Assembly (NCBI GenBank): GCA_046758085.1
Contig: JBHHZP010000001.1
Coordinates: forward strand, 3,471-67,470
Direction: 5' to 3'
Length of the DNA: 64,000 nt
From: Acidiferrobacterales bacterium
GTDB lineage: Bacteria > Pseudomonadota > Gammaproteobacteria > Acidiferrobacterales > SPGG2
The notes under the pieces are model-generated. The model worked only from the letters and a program-made list of their open reading frames with translations, was not told where the DNA came from and made no database searches. Position numbers and translations under genes: made by a program. This document shows, piece after piece, positions 48,107 to 57,203 of the stretch. Position 1 is the first letter of the stretch, and the number at the start of each line of letters is the position of its first letter.

Positions 48107-49177
48107 ATGTTAGAAAAACTGTTCAGCAAAAGCAAGCAATCTATGATTGGCATAGACGTCAGTTCATCGGCCTGCAAGGTGCTGGAGTTGAGCAAGGCCG
48201 ATGACCACATCCGTGTCGAGCGCTATGCCGTAGAGCCGCTGCCCCAGAACTCGGTGGTGGAGCACGCGATCACCGAGGTGGAGCAGGTGGCGCAGGCCGT
48301 CGAGCGCGCGGTGAAACGCTCGGGCACGCGCTGCAAGCATGCAGCGGTAGCCGTTGCGGGTGCACACGTGATCACCAAGACTATCAAGATGCCGGCGAAT
48401 CTTTCGGACGCTGAGTTGCAAACCCAGATCGAAATGGAAGCGGACCACTACATCCCCTATCCGCTTGACGAGGTGAACATGGACTACCAGGTCCTGGGCG
48501 CCTCCGAGGAAAATGCGGACGAAATGGAGGTGTTGATGGCAGCTTGCCGCAAGGAGATTGTCGATGACTATGTAGCCGTCATCCAGGGACCTGGGCTGAC
48601 ACCGGCGGTGGTGGACATCGAGACCTATGCGATGGAGAACGCGTACTCGCTCATTGCCGAGCATATGCCCGGTGGCGGCATGGAGAAAACCGTCGCCATC
48701 TTGGATATCGGGGCCACGACGACCAATATTAATGTCATCCATAACAACCACTCCGTTTACAGCCGGGATCACACCTTTGGGGGACGCCAGCTCACCGAGG
48801 AGATTCAGCGACGTTACGGTCTGTCCTATGAAGAAGCTGGTCTGGCGAAGAAACAAGGCGGGTTGCCGGACAACTACCAGACAGACGTGCTGCGACCGTT
48901 CATGGAAGCGATGTGCCAGGAAACCATGCGCGCGCTGCAGTTCTTCTACTCATCGAGCCCGTTTAACAGTGTTGACCAGCTGCTGCTCGCAGGTGGTTGT
49001 GCCCAGATTCCGGGAATCGATGAGATGGTGGCGGCGCGCATCGGCGTGCCGGCGATGGTGGCGAATCCGTTCGCAAGCATGTCTTTGGCCTCACGCATCA
49101 AACCACAGATGCTGGCGAGCGACGCACCTTCGCTGATGATCAGCTGCGGACTTGCGGTGCGAAGCTTCGATCAATGA
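48107..49177 (+). CDS. pilM: Type IV pilus assembly ATPase-like protein PilM, 356 aa
   Basis: Actin-like fold (GIDVSSSACKVLEL ... LDIGATTTN), first gene of the pilMNOPQ order. Confidence 0.9.
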   Translation: MLEKLFSKSKQSMIGIDVSSSACKVLELSKADDHIRVERYAVEPLPQNSVVEHAITEVEQVAQAVERAVKRSGTRCKHAAVAVAGAHVITKTIKMPANLSDAELQTQIEMEADHYIPYPLDEVNMDYQVLGASEENADEMEVLMAACRKEIVDDYVAVIQGPGLTPAVVDIETYAMENAYSLIAEHMPGGGMEKTVAILDIGATTTNINVIHNNHSVYSRDHTFGGRQLTEEIQRRYGLSYEEAGLAKKQGGLPDNYQTDVLRPFMEAMCQETMRALQFFYSSSPFNSVDQLLLAGGCAQIPGIDEMVAARIGVPAMVANPFASMSLASRIKPQMLASDAPSLMISCGLAVRSFDQ

Positions 49178-49773
49178 GCACGCGACTGAATCTGCTGCCC
49201 TGGCGCGAGATGCGCCGCAAGGAGCAAGATCGCCAATTGCTTACCATGTCGTTCGGCGCGTGGATACTGATGGGATTGGTTGTATTTTATGCGCATCTGC
49301 ATGTCACGGGTTTGATCGACAACCAGAACCGGCGCAATGATTTTCTGCAACAGCAGATTGCGAAGCTCGAAAAGGAGATCAAGGCGATCCGGGACTTAAA
49401 GAAGCAGCGTGCAGCTTTGATCGCGCGCATGAACGTGATCTACGAGCTGCAGGGTGACCGCACCCAGGTCGTGCACGTATTTGACGATCTGGTGCGAAAG
49501 CTACCGGAAGGCGTTTACTTCACGTCCGTAAAGCAGAAAGGAAAGAGCATAGGGATAAAAGGCGTCGCCCAGTCGAACGCGCGCGTATCGGCCCTCATGC
49601 GCAACCTCGAGTCGTCGGAGTGGTTCGCCGACCCCAACCTCGATGTCATTAATGTTAAGGCGCGGGGCAGCGATCGCGTGAGTACGTTTTCGCTCAGGGT
49701 GAAAGAGACAGCCAGGGTTCAGAAACAAAAGATTCCCACGAAGTCAGGGAAGCGCCGCCAAGCGAAAAAATAG
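49174..49773 (+). CDS. pilN: Type IV pilus assembly protein PilN, 199 aa
   Basis: N-terminal INLLPWRE motif that binds PilM, followed by a single TM helix. It overlaps pilM by 4 nt. Confidence 0.88.
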   Translation: MSTRLNLLPWREMRRKEQDRQLLTMSFGAWILMGLVVFYAHLHVTGLIDNQNRRNDFLQQQIAKLEKEIKAIRDLKKQRAALIARMNVIYELQGDRTQVVHVFDDLVRKLPEGVYFTSVKQKGKSIGIKGVAQSNARVSALMRNLESSEWFADPNLDVINVKARGSDRVSTFSLRVKETARVQKQKIPTKSGKRRQAKK

Positions 49774-49787
49774 CGGAAATCCAGCTA

Positions 49788-50447
49788 ATGACTCTAGATG
49801 ATTTAAGAAACATCGATCTTAATAATATCTCGGCTTGGCCGCTGCCGCTCAAGATCGGCGGGATAGTCATGGTTGGCATCCTGATACTGGCGGCCGGATT
49901 CTGGTTCATCGTGCGCGGAGAACTCGATGACCTCGATGCCGCCACGAAGCGCGAAGTGAAGCTGAAGGAGACCTATAGTAGCAAGGTAGCGTTGGCCATT
50001 AATCTACCTGCCTACAAGCAACAGATGGAGGAAATGAGGCAGACGTTCGGCAGTCTGTTGCGACAGTTGCCCGACACCACCGAGGTACCGGATTTGCTGA
50101 TCGATATTACTCAGGCGGGGTTGGGCCAGGGACTCGAGTTTGTGCTATTCAAGCCGCAGAAAGAGAAACCGAGAGAGTTTTATGCCGAGTTACCGATAAG
50201 CATCAAGGTAAGAGGCAGTTATCATGAGCTGGCGAACTTTGTCAGCGACGTCGCGGCGCTACCGCGCATCGTGACCTTCGGAAACATATCGATTATTGCT
50301 GGCGGCAAGAGGGGTAAGAAGAAATATGATGGCAAGCTGCTGATGTCGGCACAGGCCAAGACTTATCGCTACCTCGATGATGATGAGATCGCCGCGATTG
50401 CCAAGAAGAAAAAGAAGAAGAAAGGCAGACGCAGACGGAGAAGGTAG
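49788..50447 (+). CDS. pilO: Type IV pilus assembly protein PilO with an unusual KKKKKKKGRRRRRR C-terminus, 219 aa
   Basis: TM helix, coiled coil and ferredoxin-like core, in position between pilN and pilP. The tail was read directly from 50404-50444. Confidence 0.85.
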   Translation: MTLDDLRNIDLNNISAWPLPLKIGGIVMVGILILAAGFWFIVRGELDDLDAATKREVKLKETYSSKVALAINLPAYKQQMEEMRQTFGSLLRQLPDTTEVPDLLIDITQAGLGQGLEFVLFKPQKEKPREFYAELPISIKVRGSYHELANFVSDVAALPRIVTFGNISIIAGGKRGKKKYDGKLLMSAQAKTYRYLDDDEIAAIAKKKKKKKGRRRRRR

Positions 50448-50963
50448 ATGAAGCGGCTCGGGCCGACCATTCTTTTTATTTCACTAAGCTTTTTGGTTGC
50501 TGGCTGTAGCGGCGACGGCGCTGCTGATTTGCAGCAGTGGGTCAAAGACCAGCGCAAGGGCCGCAAGCCGCGTGTGGAGCCCCTGCCCGAGATCAAGACG
50601 CACGAATCCTTTGTTTATACGGCCGATAACCTGACCAACCCGTTCGCGCCGTTTAATTTGAAGCCGCAGGGCGGGAACAAGGGCGGGCCACAGCCGGACA
50701 GGAATCGTCGCAAGGAGCCGCTCGAAGAGTATCCACTCGATGCGCTGAGGATGGTGGGCACGTTGACGCGCGGAAACCAATCCTGGGCAGTGATCCAGGC
50801 GCCCGATGGCGCGGTGTATCGCGCCAAGGTGGGCGATCACATGGGACAGAACTTCGGCATGGTGACAAAGATCACAGAAGAGCAGATAGATCTGGTCGAA
50901 CTTGTCCAGAATCCGCTCGGGGACTGGATTGAACGCGAAGCCAATATCGCGATTGTGGAATGA
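50448..50963 (+). CDS. pilP: Type IV pilus assembly lipoprotein PilP, 171 aa
   Basis: Lipobox LVAGC and a C-terminal beta-sandwich (LRMVGTL...AVIQAPDG.VYRAKVGD). Confidence 0.85.
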   Translation: MKRLGPTILFISLSFLVAGCSGDGAADLQQWVKDQRKGRKPRVEPLPEIKTHESFVYTADNLTNPFAPFNLKPQGGNKGGPQPDRNRRKEPLEEYPLDALRMVGTLTRGNQSWAVIQAPDGAVYRAKVGDHMGQNFGMVTKITEEQIDLVELVQNPLGDWIEREANIAIVE

Positions 50964-53539
50964 GAGATAAGGGTATGAGAACGAACACAACAGCATCATC
51001 AACAGCATCATCAATGGTTTTGTGTGCCCTGAAAGCCCGCCGCATGCTCGCCGTCTTGGTTATGTCGGTGATGTTTGGTTCAGCTGCCGCGTTTGCGGGC
51101 GAGATCAGTTCGCTCGCGTGGAGCGACGACGACGAAGCGGTGTTACAAATCCAGGTCAAGGGGGAGGCTTCTTTTACCACTAGTTCGCTTGAAGGCGGTC
51201 AGCGGCTGCGTCTCACGTTCCCCGACAGTACTCTAGGGCCAGCAGCGGGAGAGCTTGAACGTCGAGGCAAGGTCAAGGGCGTTTATCCTTATCTTGCAGA
51301 TAACGCTACCGCGGTGAATGTCGATTTGCTGCTGACCGAGTCCGGGCACCTGGAGGTGACACCAACCGATTATGGCTATCGCGTTGTGGCACAGGCGGGC
51401 GTCGGAGCTACGAGCACCACGGCGGCGACTCCCGAGCCGGCCGCCACGCCGCCGCCCGCTCCGGCAACTGGCGATGAGAATGTGATCAAGAAAATCCGTT
51501 ACGCCGTGCTCCCAGGAAGCCGCGTGCAGATCACGCTGGAGATGTCCCAGCCCCCGCCCGAACCCACGGCATTTAGTATCACCAATCCCGCAAGAATCGC
51601 GCTGGATTTTCCCAACACACGGGTAAGCCTAACGAAGAGATCGCTCCCGATTAAGGAAGGGGCAGTGCTCAGTGTGACCACCATCGAGGCCCCGGACCGC
51701 ACGCGTGTGGTGCTTAGCCTGGTGCGGCCGGTCGCCTATACCACGAGCGCCAAGGGGAACACGTTCGCAATTATCTTGGATACTCCGGTGCGTGCAATCG
51801 CGCCCGCGCAAAAGCCACGCACGACCCGTTTTGCCGCACAAACTAAGCCAGGTAAGTTTAGTGTGCGCGACATCGATTTCCGTCGGGGATCTGCCGGCGA
51901 GGGCGTTATCCAGATCACGCTCTCGGACCCGGCGGTGGGGATCGATCTGAGCGAGCAGGCTGGCCAAATATTCATAGATTTTCTGAACACGTCGATTCCC
52001 ACCGACCTGCAGCGTCGGCTCGACGTCGTCGATTTCGCCACCCCGGTGCAAACGATCGACAGTTTTCCCAGTGGACGCGACACGCGCATGGTGATCACCC
52101 CCAAGGGCCGTTTTGAGCAGTCGGCGTTTCAGGCGGGCAACGTGTTCACGGTCAATGTGAAACCGATCCTGGAAGAGGAAGAGGAGAGGCCGGTCGATGA
52201 GTTCGGCTACTCCGGCGAGAAGCTCTCGCTGAACTTTCAGAACATCCAGGTGCGTGCCGCGTTACAGGTACTGGCTGACTTCACCGGCCTGAATTTCGTG
52301 GTCAGTGATAGCGTCAAGGGAAGCCTTACGCTGCGTCTCAAGGATGTGCCGTGGGATCAGGCCCTGGATATCATTGTAGACAGCAAGAATCTGGCGATAC
52401 GCCGGATCGGCAATGTCGTTACGGTTGCGCCCGCGAGCGAGGTTGCTGCCAAAGAGAAGGCCCAGCTCGAGGCGAGTCGGACCGTGCTCGATCTCGAGCC
52501 GCTCACCTCCGAGTTGATTCAGATCAACTATGCCAAGGCGGAAGATATAGCCGCTTTGCTCAAGTCGATCAAGGCGCTGCCGACGGCCGCACAGCTTGCA
52601 GGCGAGCACCCCGTGTTTGGTCCTGCCGCCACCGGGCAACCGGAAGTGGCCACCGCCGAGACCAACACGCTGCTGTCACCACGCGGCCAGGTGACGGTGG
52701 ACTCGCGTACGAATTCCCTTCTCGTCCAGGACACGGCGCAAAAGATCGCCGAAGTGCGCAAGCTGATAGCGCAGCTGGACCAACCGGTGCGTCAGGTAAT
52801 GATCGAAACCCGGCTGGTGGAAGCGACGGAAAACTTCAGCCGCAACCTAGGTGTGAAGTTCGGTGTGCAATCGAGCGGCACCTCCGGCGACATTCAGGTG
52901 ACCCAGCGATCCACACTGGATACCACCGGCTTGCTCACGCCCGATGGCTTAAATGTGAACCTGCCGGCCCAGGGGCTGGGCGCGTTTACCAGCCCCGCGG
53001 CGTTGGGGCTGACCATCGCCAAGCTCGGCACGGGGGGGCTGCTCAGTTTGGAGCTCTCGGCGCTGGAGGCGGAAGGGCTCGGCAAGATCATATCGAGCCC
53101 GCGGCTGATCACGGCCAACCAGCAAAAAGCGTCGATCGAGCAGGGCGAGGAGCGCGTGTTTACTACCAGCGTTCTCGGCGTGGGTTCTGTGGTTACGAAG
53201 CGCGCCACGCTCAAGCTGGAGGTCACCCCGCAGATCACGCCGGATGATCGCGTGTTATTGGACGTGGTCATTACCAAGGATAATTTTGCTGACGCCGTGA
53301 TCGGTTTACTCAATATCAAGGAAATCCGTACCCAGGTTCTGCTCGACAACGGTGAAACCGTCGTAATTGGCGGGATCTACGAGCGCACAAAGAATGACGA
53401 TGTCACCAAGGTGCCATGGATCGGCGATGTGCCGGTGCTGGGGTGGTTGTTCAAAAATAAATCCGTCGTTGATAATAAGACCGAGCTCCTGATCTTCCTG
53501 ACCCCGAAGATCCTATCCGAGAACCTGACGCTCACCTGA
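50960..53539 (+). CDS. pilQ: Type IV pilus secretin PilQ, about 855-859 aa, apparently with three AMIN-like N-terminal modules
   Basis: C-terminal secretin domain (VPWIGDVPVLGWLFK ... ELLIFLTPKI). N0/N1 region, and three successive AMIN-like segments by eye. Confidence 0.88.
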   Translation: MRDKGMRTNTTASSTASSMVLCALKARRMLAVLVMSVMFGSAAAFAGEISSLAWSDDDEAVLQIQVKGEASFTTSSLEGGQRLRLTFPDSTLGPAAGELERRGKVKGVYPYLADNATAVNVDLLLTESGHLEVTPTDYGYRVVAQAGVGATSTTAATPEPAATPPPAPATGDENVIKKIRYAVLPGSRVQITLEMSQPPPEPTAFSITNPARIALDFPNTRVSLTKRSLPIKEGAVLSVTTIEAPDRTRVVLSLVRPVAYTTSAKGNTFAIILDTPVRAIAPAQKPRTTRFAAQTKPGKFSVRDIDFRRGSAGEGVIQITLSDPAVGIDLSEQAGQIFIDFLNTSIPTDLQRRLDVVDFATPVQTIDSFPSGRDTRMVITPKGRFEQSAFQAGNVFTVNVKPILEEEEERPVDEFGYSGEKLSLNFQNIQVRAALQVLADFTGLNFVVSDSVKGSLTLRLKDVPWDQALDIIVDSKNLAIRRIGNVVTVAPASEVAAKEKAQLEASRTVLDLEPLTSELIQINYAKAEDIAALLKSIKALPTAAQLAGEHPVFGPAATGQPEVATAETNTLLSPRGQVTVDSRTNSLLVQDTAQKIAEVRKLIAQLDQPVRQVMIETRLVEATENFSRNLGVKFGVQSSGTSGDIQVTQRSTLDTTGLLTPDGLNVNLPAQGLGAFTSPAALGLTIAKLGTGGLLSLELSALEAEGLGKIISSPRLITANQQKASIEQGEERVFTTSVLGVGSVVTKRATLKLEVTPQITPDDRVLLDVVITKDNFADAVIGLLNIKEIRTQVLLDNGETVVIGGIYERTKNDDVTKVPWIGDVPVLGWLFKNKSVVDNKTELLIFLTPKILSENLTLT

Positions 53540-53906
53540 GCGCGGGTGGCGCGTCCTGTCCGCCGAATACAACGGCGGGCAGGGTGTGGGCCGTGCAGGC
53601 GCCGCATATAGCTTAGGGTGTTGAAACGGTGGTTCCACCACCGCGGCACCCCCGTAGCGCTTCGGCATTAGTCGCCTACGGCGGTCCAAATTTGAACCCA
53701 TCAATTTTGTCTTCACGTGCCCAAAGACACTTGCCTGGAACAAACGGCCGCACTTCAGTGCGCCCGATCAGGGGCCGCGCCAGGGACGGTGCGGCACAAA
53801 CGAACCCAAAGAAAGGGCACCCCGGACTTCCGTGCAGGCAAGCACCTATGCTGCGGGTGCACGGAAGCACAGGAGCGGCCTGCGCCCCGCATGTATACCC
53901 CACAGG

Positions 53907-54042
53907 CGGGGTTCCCTCACTCGGCGCTTGGCTCAGAAGGTTCGCCCCAGGCACGTGTCCCTGTGCCTGGGGCGAACGCGGGGGTCCCTACCCGCCACTT
54001 CGTGCTTGCCCTTCGCCTTCACGCCTCTGTCGGCTTGAGTAA
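53907..54042 (-). repeat. Dispersed intergenic repeat, copy C (inverted relative to copy A)
   Basis: The reverse complement begins ttactcaagccga...gaaggcgaag and ends ccaagcg...gagggaaccccg, like 6544-6674. It has a central perfect 14-bp hairpin ttcgccccaggcac/gtgcctggggcgaa (53941-53976). Confidence 0.6.
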
Positions 54043-54267
54043 GGGGATTCCAAAGCAAAACAACTCCCTTCCCCTGAATGGGGGAGGGCTGGGGAGAGGG
54101 CGCTTGGCTCGGCGATAGGCGCGAAGAAAATCAACATTAAAGATAAGTTCGTGTAATGCTGAGGTCTGCGCCCGCAACGTCGTGCGAGCGGCCAACTCGG
54201 CCAGCGGTGTGAGTCGCGCGACCGGTCTCTTGATTTATTCCCATGATGCTGGCATATCTGGCGAACA

Positions 54268-54804
54268 ATGACGGTTTCGGGGAATATCTTCCTCATCGGC
54301 CCTATGGGCGCCGGTAAGTCCACTATTGGACGTCACCTGGCGGAGTTGTTGAGCAAACGCTTTTGTGACTCTGATCAGGAGATAGAAAAGCGCACCGGTG
54401 CCAGCGTCGCGCTTATTTTTGAAATAGAAGGCGAGGCCGGATTTCGCAAGCGCGAGACGGCGGTCCTGGATGAGCTGACGCGCACGTCTGGCGTCGTGGT
54501 GGCAACCGGCGGCGGCGCCATCCTTTCGCAAGAGAATCGCCAGATGCTGCGTACACGTGGCATCGTGGTCTATCTCGATGCCGATATCGACACCCTAACT
54601 CAGCGCACTCGACGTAGTCGAGATCGTCCCTTACTGCGCGACGGTGATCGCCGCGAAAAGCTTGAGGAAATTATGAAAAGCCGTGAACCTCTGTACCGCA
54701 GCGAGGCCGACGTGATAGTCAAGACGAGCCGGCGCTCCCCCGTAGCTGTCGCGCGCAAAATAGCTGCGAAGCTGCACTCGCTGGATCACGATGAGAACAC
54801 TTGA
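54268..54804 (+). CDS. aroK: Shikimate kinase, 178 aa
   Basis: P-loop [12 protein letters not shown] and shikimate-binding DSD..IE, followed by aroB. Confidence 0.9.
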   Translation: MTVSGNIFLIGPMGAGKSTIGRHLAELLSKRFCDSDQEIEKRTGASVALIFEIEGEAGFRKRETAVLDELTRTSGVVVATGGGAILSQENRQMLRTRGIVVYLDADIDTLTQRTRRSRDRPLLRDGDRREKLEEIMKSREPLYRSEADVIVKTSRRSPVAVARKIAAKLHSLDHDENT

Positions 54805-55876
54805 GCTGGCTCTGGGTGAGCGCAGATATCCGATTCACATCGGAACGGACCTCGTTGCGTGTGCCGATCTGATTACCTCGCACCTCAAGGGCAGCCGGGT
54901 GGCGGTGGTCAGCAATGAGACTGTGGCCCCGCTGTACATGGACAAGCTGACAGCCGGTCTTGGCCGTTACCGACCGCTTAGCATTGTTTTACCTGATGGC
55001 GAACAGTACAAGACGCTGGAGGTGCTGGAGCGCATCTTTTCGGCGTTACTGGCCGCACACTGCGATCGGCGCACAACGCTTATCGCCCTGGGAGGGGGCG
55101 TCATGGGCGATATGGCGGGATTTGCTGCCGCCTGCTATCAGCGCGGCGTGCCCTTTATCCAGGTACCAACGACGCTGTTGGCGCAGGTCGACTCCTCCGT
55201 GGGTGGTAAGACGGGGGTTAATCACCCGTTGGGTAAGAACATGATCGGGGCGTTTCATCAGCCGCAATGCGTAATCATCGACACCGGGACCTTGGACACG
55301 TTGCCGGATCGCGAGCTCTCCGCCGGCATAGCCGAGGTGATCAAGTACGGACTAATACGCGATGAAGCGTTTATTGTATGGCTCGAGGAGAACATGGAAG
55401 CGCTGCTTGGTCGTGATCAGGAAGTCCTAGCGACCGCCGTTTATCGTTCCTGTGAGCACAAGGCGCAGGTAGTAAGCGCTGACGAGAAAGAAACCGGCAC
55501 GCGCGCGTTGCTGAATCTTGGGCACACATTTGGCCATGCGATCGAAACGGGTCTGGGCTACGGCAAGTGGTTACATGGCGAAGCAGTGGCCGCCGGGATG
55601 GTCATGGCAGCGAGCCTCTCACAGCGAAATGGATGGCTGAATGAGCCGGATGTGGCGCGTATTGAGTCCTTGTTAGCGCGGGCCCGGCTGCCCGTACGTG
55701 CGCCGGCCGAACTCGAACCGTCTCGACTGATGGAGCTCATGGCCGTGGACAAGAAGGTGCAAGACGGGCAGATCAGGTTGGTATTGCTCAAGGCCATTGG
55801 GCGTGCCGTACTCACTGCTGATTTCGACGTTGAGCTTTTGACGTACACGCTGCAGGCGTGTCGGAGTGAGCTATGA
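54791..55876 (+). CDS. aroB: 3-dehydroquinate synthase, 361 aa
   Basis: [27 protein letters not shown] and HTFGHA metal-binding motifs. Confidence 0.92.
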   Translation: MRTLELALGERRYPIHIGTDLVACADLITSHLKGSRVAVVSNETVAPLYMDKLTAGLGRYRPLSIVLPDGEQYKTLEVLERIFSALLAAHCDRRTTLIALGGGVMGDMAGFAAACYQRGVPFIQVPTTLLAQVDSSVGGKTGVNHPLGKNMIGAFHQPQCVIIDTGTLDTLPDRELSAGIAEVIKYGLIRDEAFIVWLEENMEALLGRDQEVLATAVYRSCEHKAQVVSADEKETGTRALLNLGHTFGHAIETGLGYGKWLHGEAVAAGMVMAASLSQRNGWLNEPDVARIESLLARARLPVRAPAELEPSRLMELMAVDKKVQDGQIRLVLLKAIGRAVLTADFDVELLTYTLQACRSEL

Positions 55877-57021
55877 CGCTCGCGCCTTATGCGGCCAGCG
55901 ACGCCATGTCACGGGGCCGTCAGCATCCGGAGCAGGCGCCGCCCTACCGCGGTGAGTATCAACGCGACCGCGACCGCATTGTTCATTGTGCGGCATTCCG
56001 GCGACTGGAATACAAGACCCAGGTATTCGTCAACCATGAGGGCGATCTGTTCCGCACACGGCTTACGCATTCCTTGGAAGTGGCACAAATCGCGCGCTCC
56101 GTTGCTCGTGCGCTTGGGCTCAACGAGGATCTCACCGAAGCGATTTCCCTGGCGCACGATCTCGGGCACACACCATTCGGTCACTCGGGCCAGGACGCAC
56201 TCAATCACTGCATGCGTGCCTATGGCGGCTTCGAGCATAATCTGCAATCGCTTCGTGTCGTTGAGGTGCTAGAGGAGCGCTATGCGGAATTTCCGGGACT
56301 CAATCTCACGTTCGAAACCCGTGAGGGCATACTCAAGCATTGCTCATCGAAGCATGCCAAGGAGCTGGGCGAGCTGGGAAGACGATTTATTGAACGAAGG
56401 CAGCCGGGCCTGGAGGCACAGCTCGCCAATATCGCCGATGAGGTCGCCTACAACAATCACGACATCGACGACGGTTTGCGTTATGGGTTGATAGAGATCG
56501 AGCAGCTCAGAGCGGTAGAGCTGTTTGCCGCGCAGTACGTGCAGGTCGAGCAAAAGTATCCCGAGCTTGCACCGCGCCGGCATGTGCACGAGACCATCCG
56601 TCGTATGATCAACCATGTTGTTGTCGATCTGATTGAAAATAGCGCCAGCATGCTGGCGGCCGACAAACCGGAGAGCATCAATGACGTACGCGATGCTGGC
56701 AAACCCCTGGTTGCCTACAGCGAGCCGGTCGGCGAGCAAGTATTGGTGCTGAAACGGTTTCTGCGTGAGAACTTGTACCAGCACTACACGGTCAGGCGCA
56801 TGAGCCGTAAGGCGGCAAGCATCATCAACGATCTATTCAGCATGTTCGTGGAAGACGTGCGGCTTTTGCCACCGCAGTACCAGCACAAGGTCGCGGCATC
56901 TGAAGGCAACGCACAGCGCGCGCGAGTCATCGCCGACTACATCGCCGGTATGACGGACCGCTATGCCATACATGAGCACGCACGCCTGTTCAGCCCCACT
57001 GAGCTGACGCGCGGCACCTGA
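55873..57021 (+). CDS. dgt: dGTPase-like (deoxyguanosinetriphosphate triphosphohydrolase-like) HD-domain protein, 382 aa
   Basis: [22 protein letters not shown] ... RLTHSLEV ... [11 protein letters not shown]. It overlaps aroB by 4 nt. Confidence 0.85.
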   Translation: MTLAPYAASDAMSRGRQHPEQAPPYRGEYQRDRDRIVHCAAFRRLEYKTQVFVNHEGDLFRTRLTHSLEVAQIARSVARALGLNEDLTEAISLAHDLGHTPFGHSGQDALNHCMRAYGGFEHNLQSLRVVEVLEERYAEFPGLNLTFETREGILKHCSSKHAKELGELGRRFIERRQPGLEAQLANIADEVAYNNHDIDDGLRYGLIEIEQLRAVELFAAQYVQVEQKYPELAPRRHVHETIRRMINHVVVDLIENSASMLAADKPESINDVRDAGKPLVAYSEPVGEQVLVLKRFLRENLYQHYTVRRMSRKAASIINDLFSMFVEDVRLLPPQYQHKVAASEGNAQRARVIADYIAGMTDRYAIHEHARLFSPTELTRGT

Positions 57022-57091
57022 CGTGCTCGCGCCTCATCGCGCTGGTTTTCTGCGTGCAAAGGCCTACGGGTCTGAGCCGCGCAAAAATTGA

Positions 57092-57120
57092 TTGAACGGG
57101 CAAAGGCCGGTCTGTATACT
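57092..57120 (+). promoter_or_regulatory. Candidate sigma70 promoter for gltBD (TTGAAC-N17-TATACT)
   Basis: Hexamers and the 17-nt spacer were read directly; it lies about 85 nt upstream of ATG 57204. Confidence 0.5.
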
Positions 57121-57203
57121 TTTTCGGCTTTTACCTCTGTATTTCTCGGGTTATTTCGCCGACATGGCATGCGAGCACGGACACCTCGGACCATTTAAAA
57201 ACG

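Noticed and set aside
53629-54323. Several 68-137 aa ORFs in three frames and both strands within the pilQ-aroK spacer
   Set aside because: They are mutually overlapping and Gly/Arg/Pro-rich, and they coincide with hairpins and the dispersed repeat. This is typical of translated repeat DNA, not genes.
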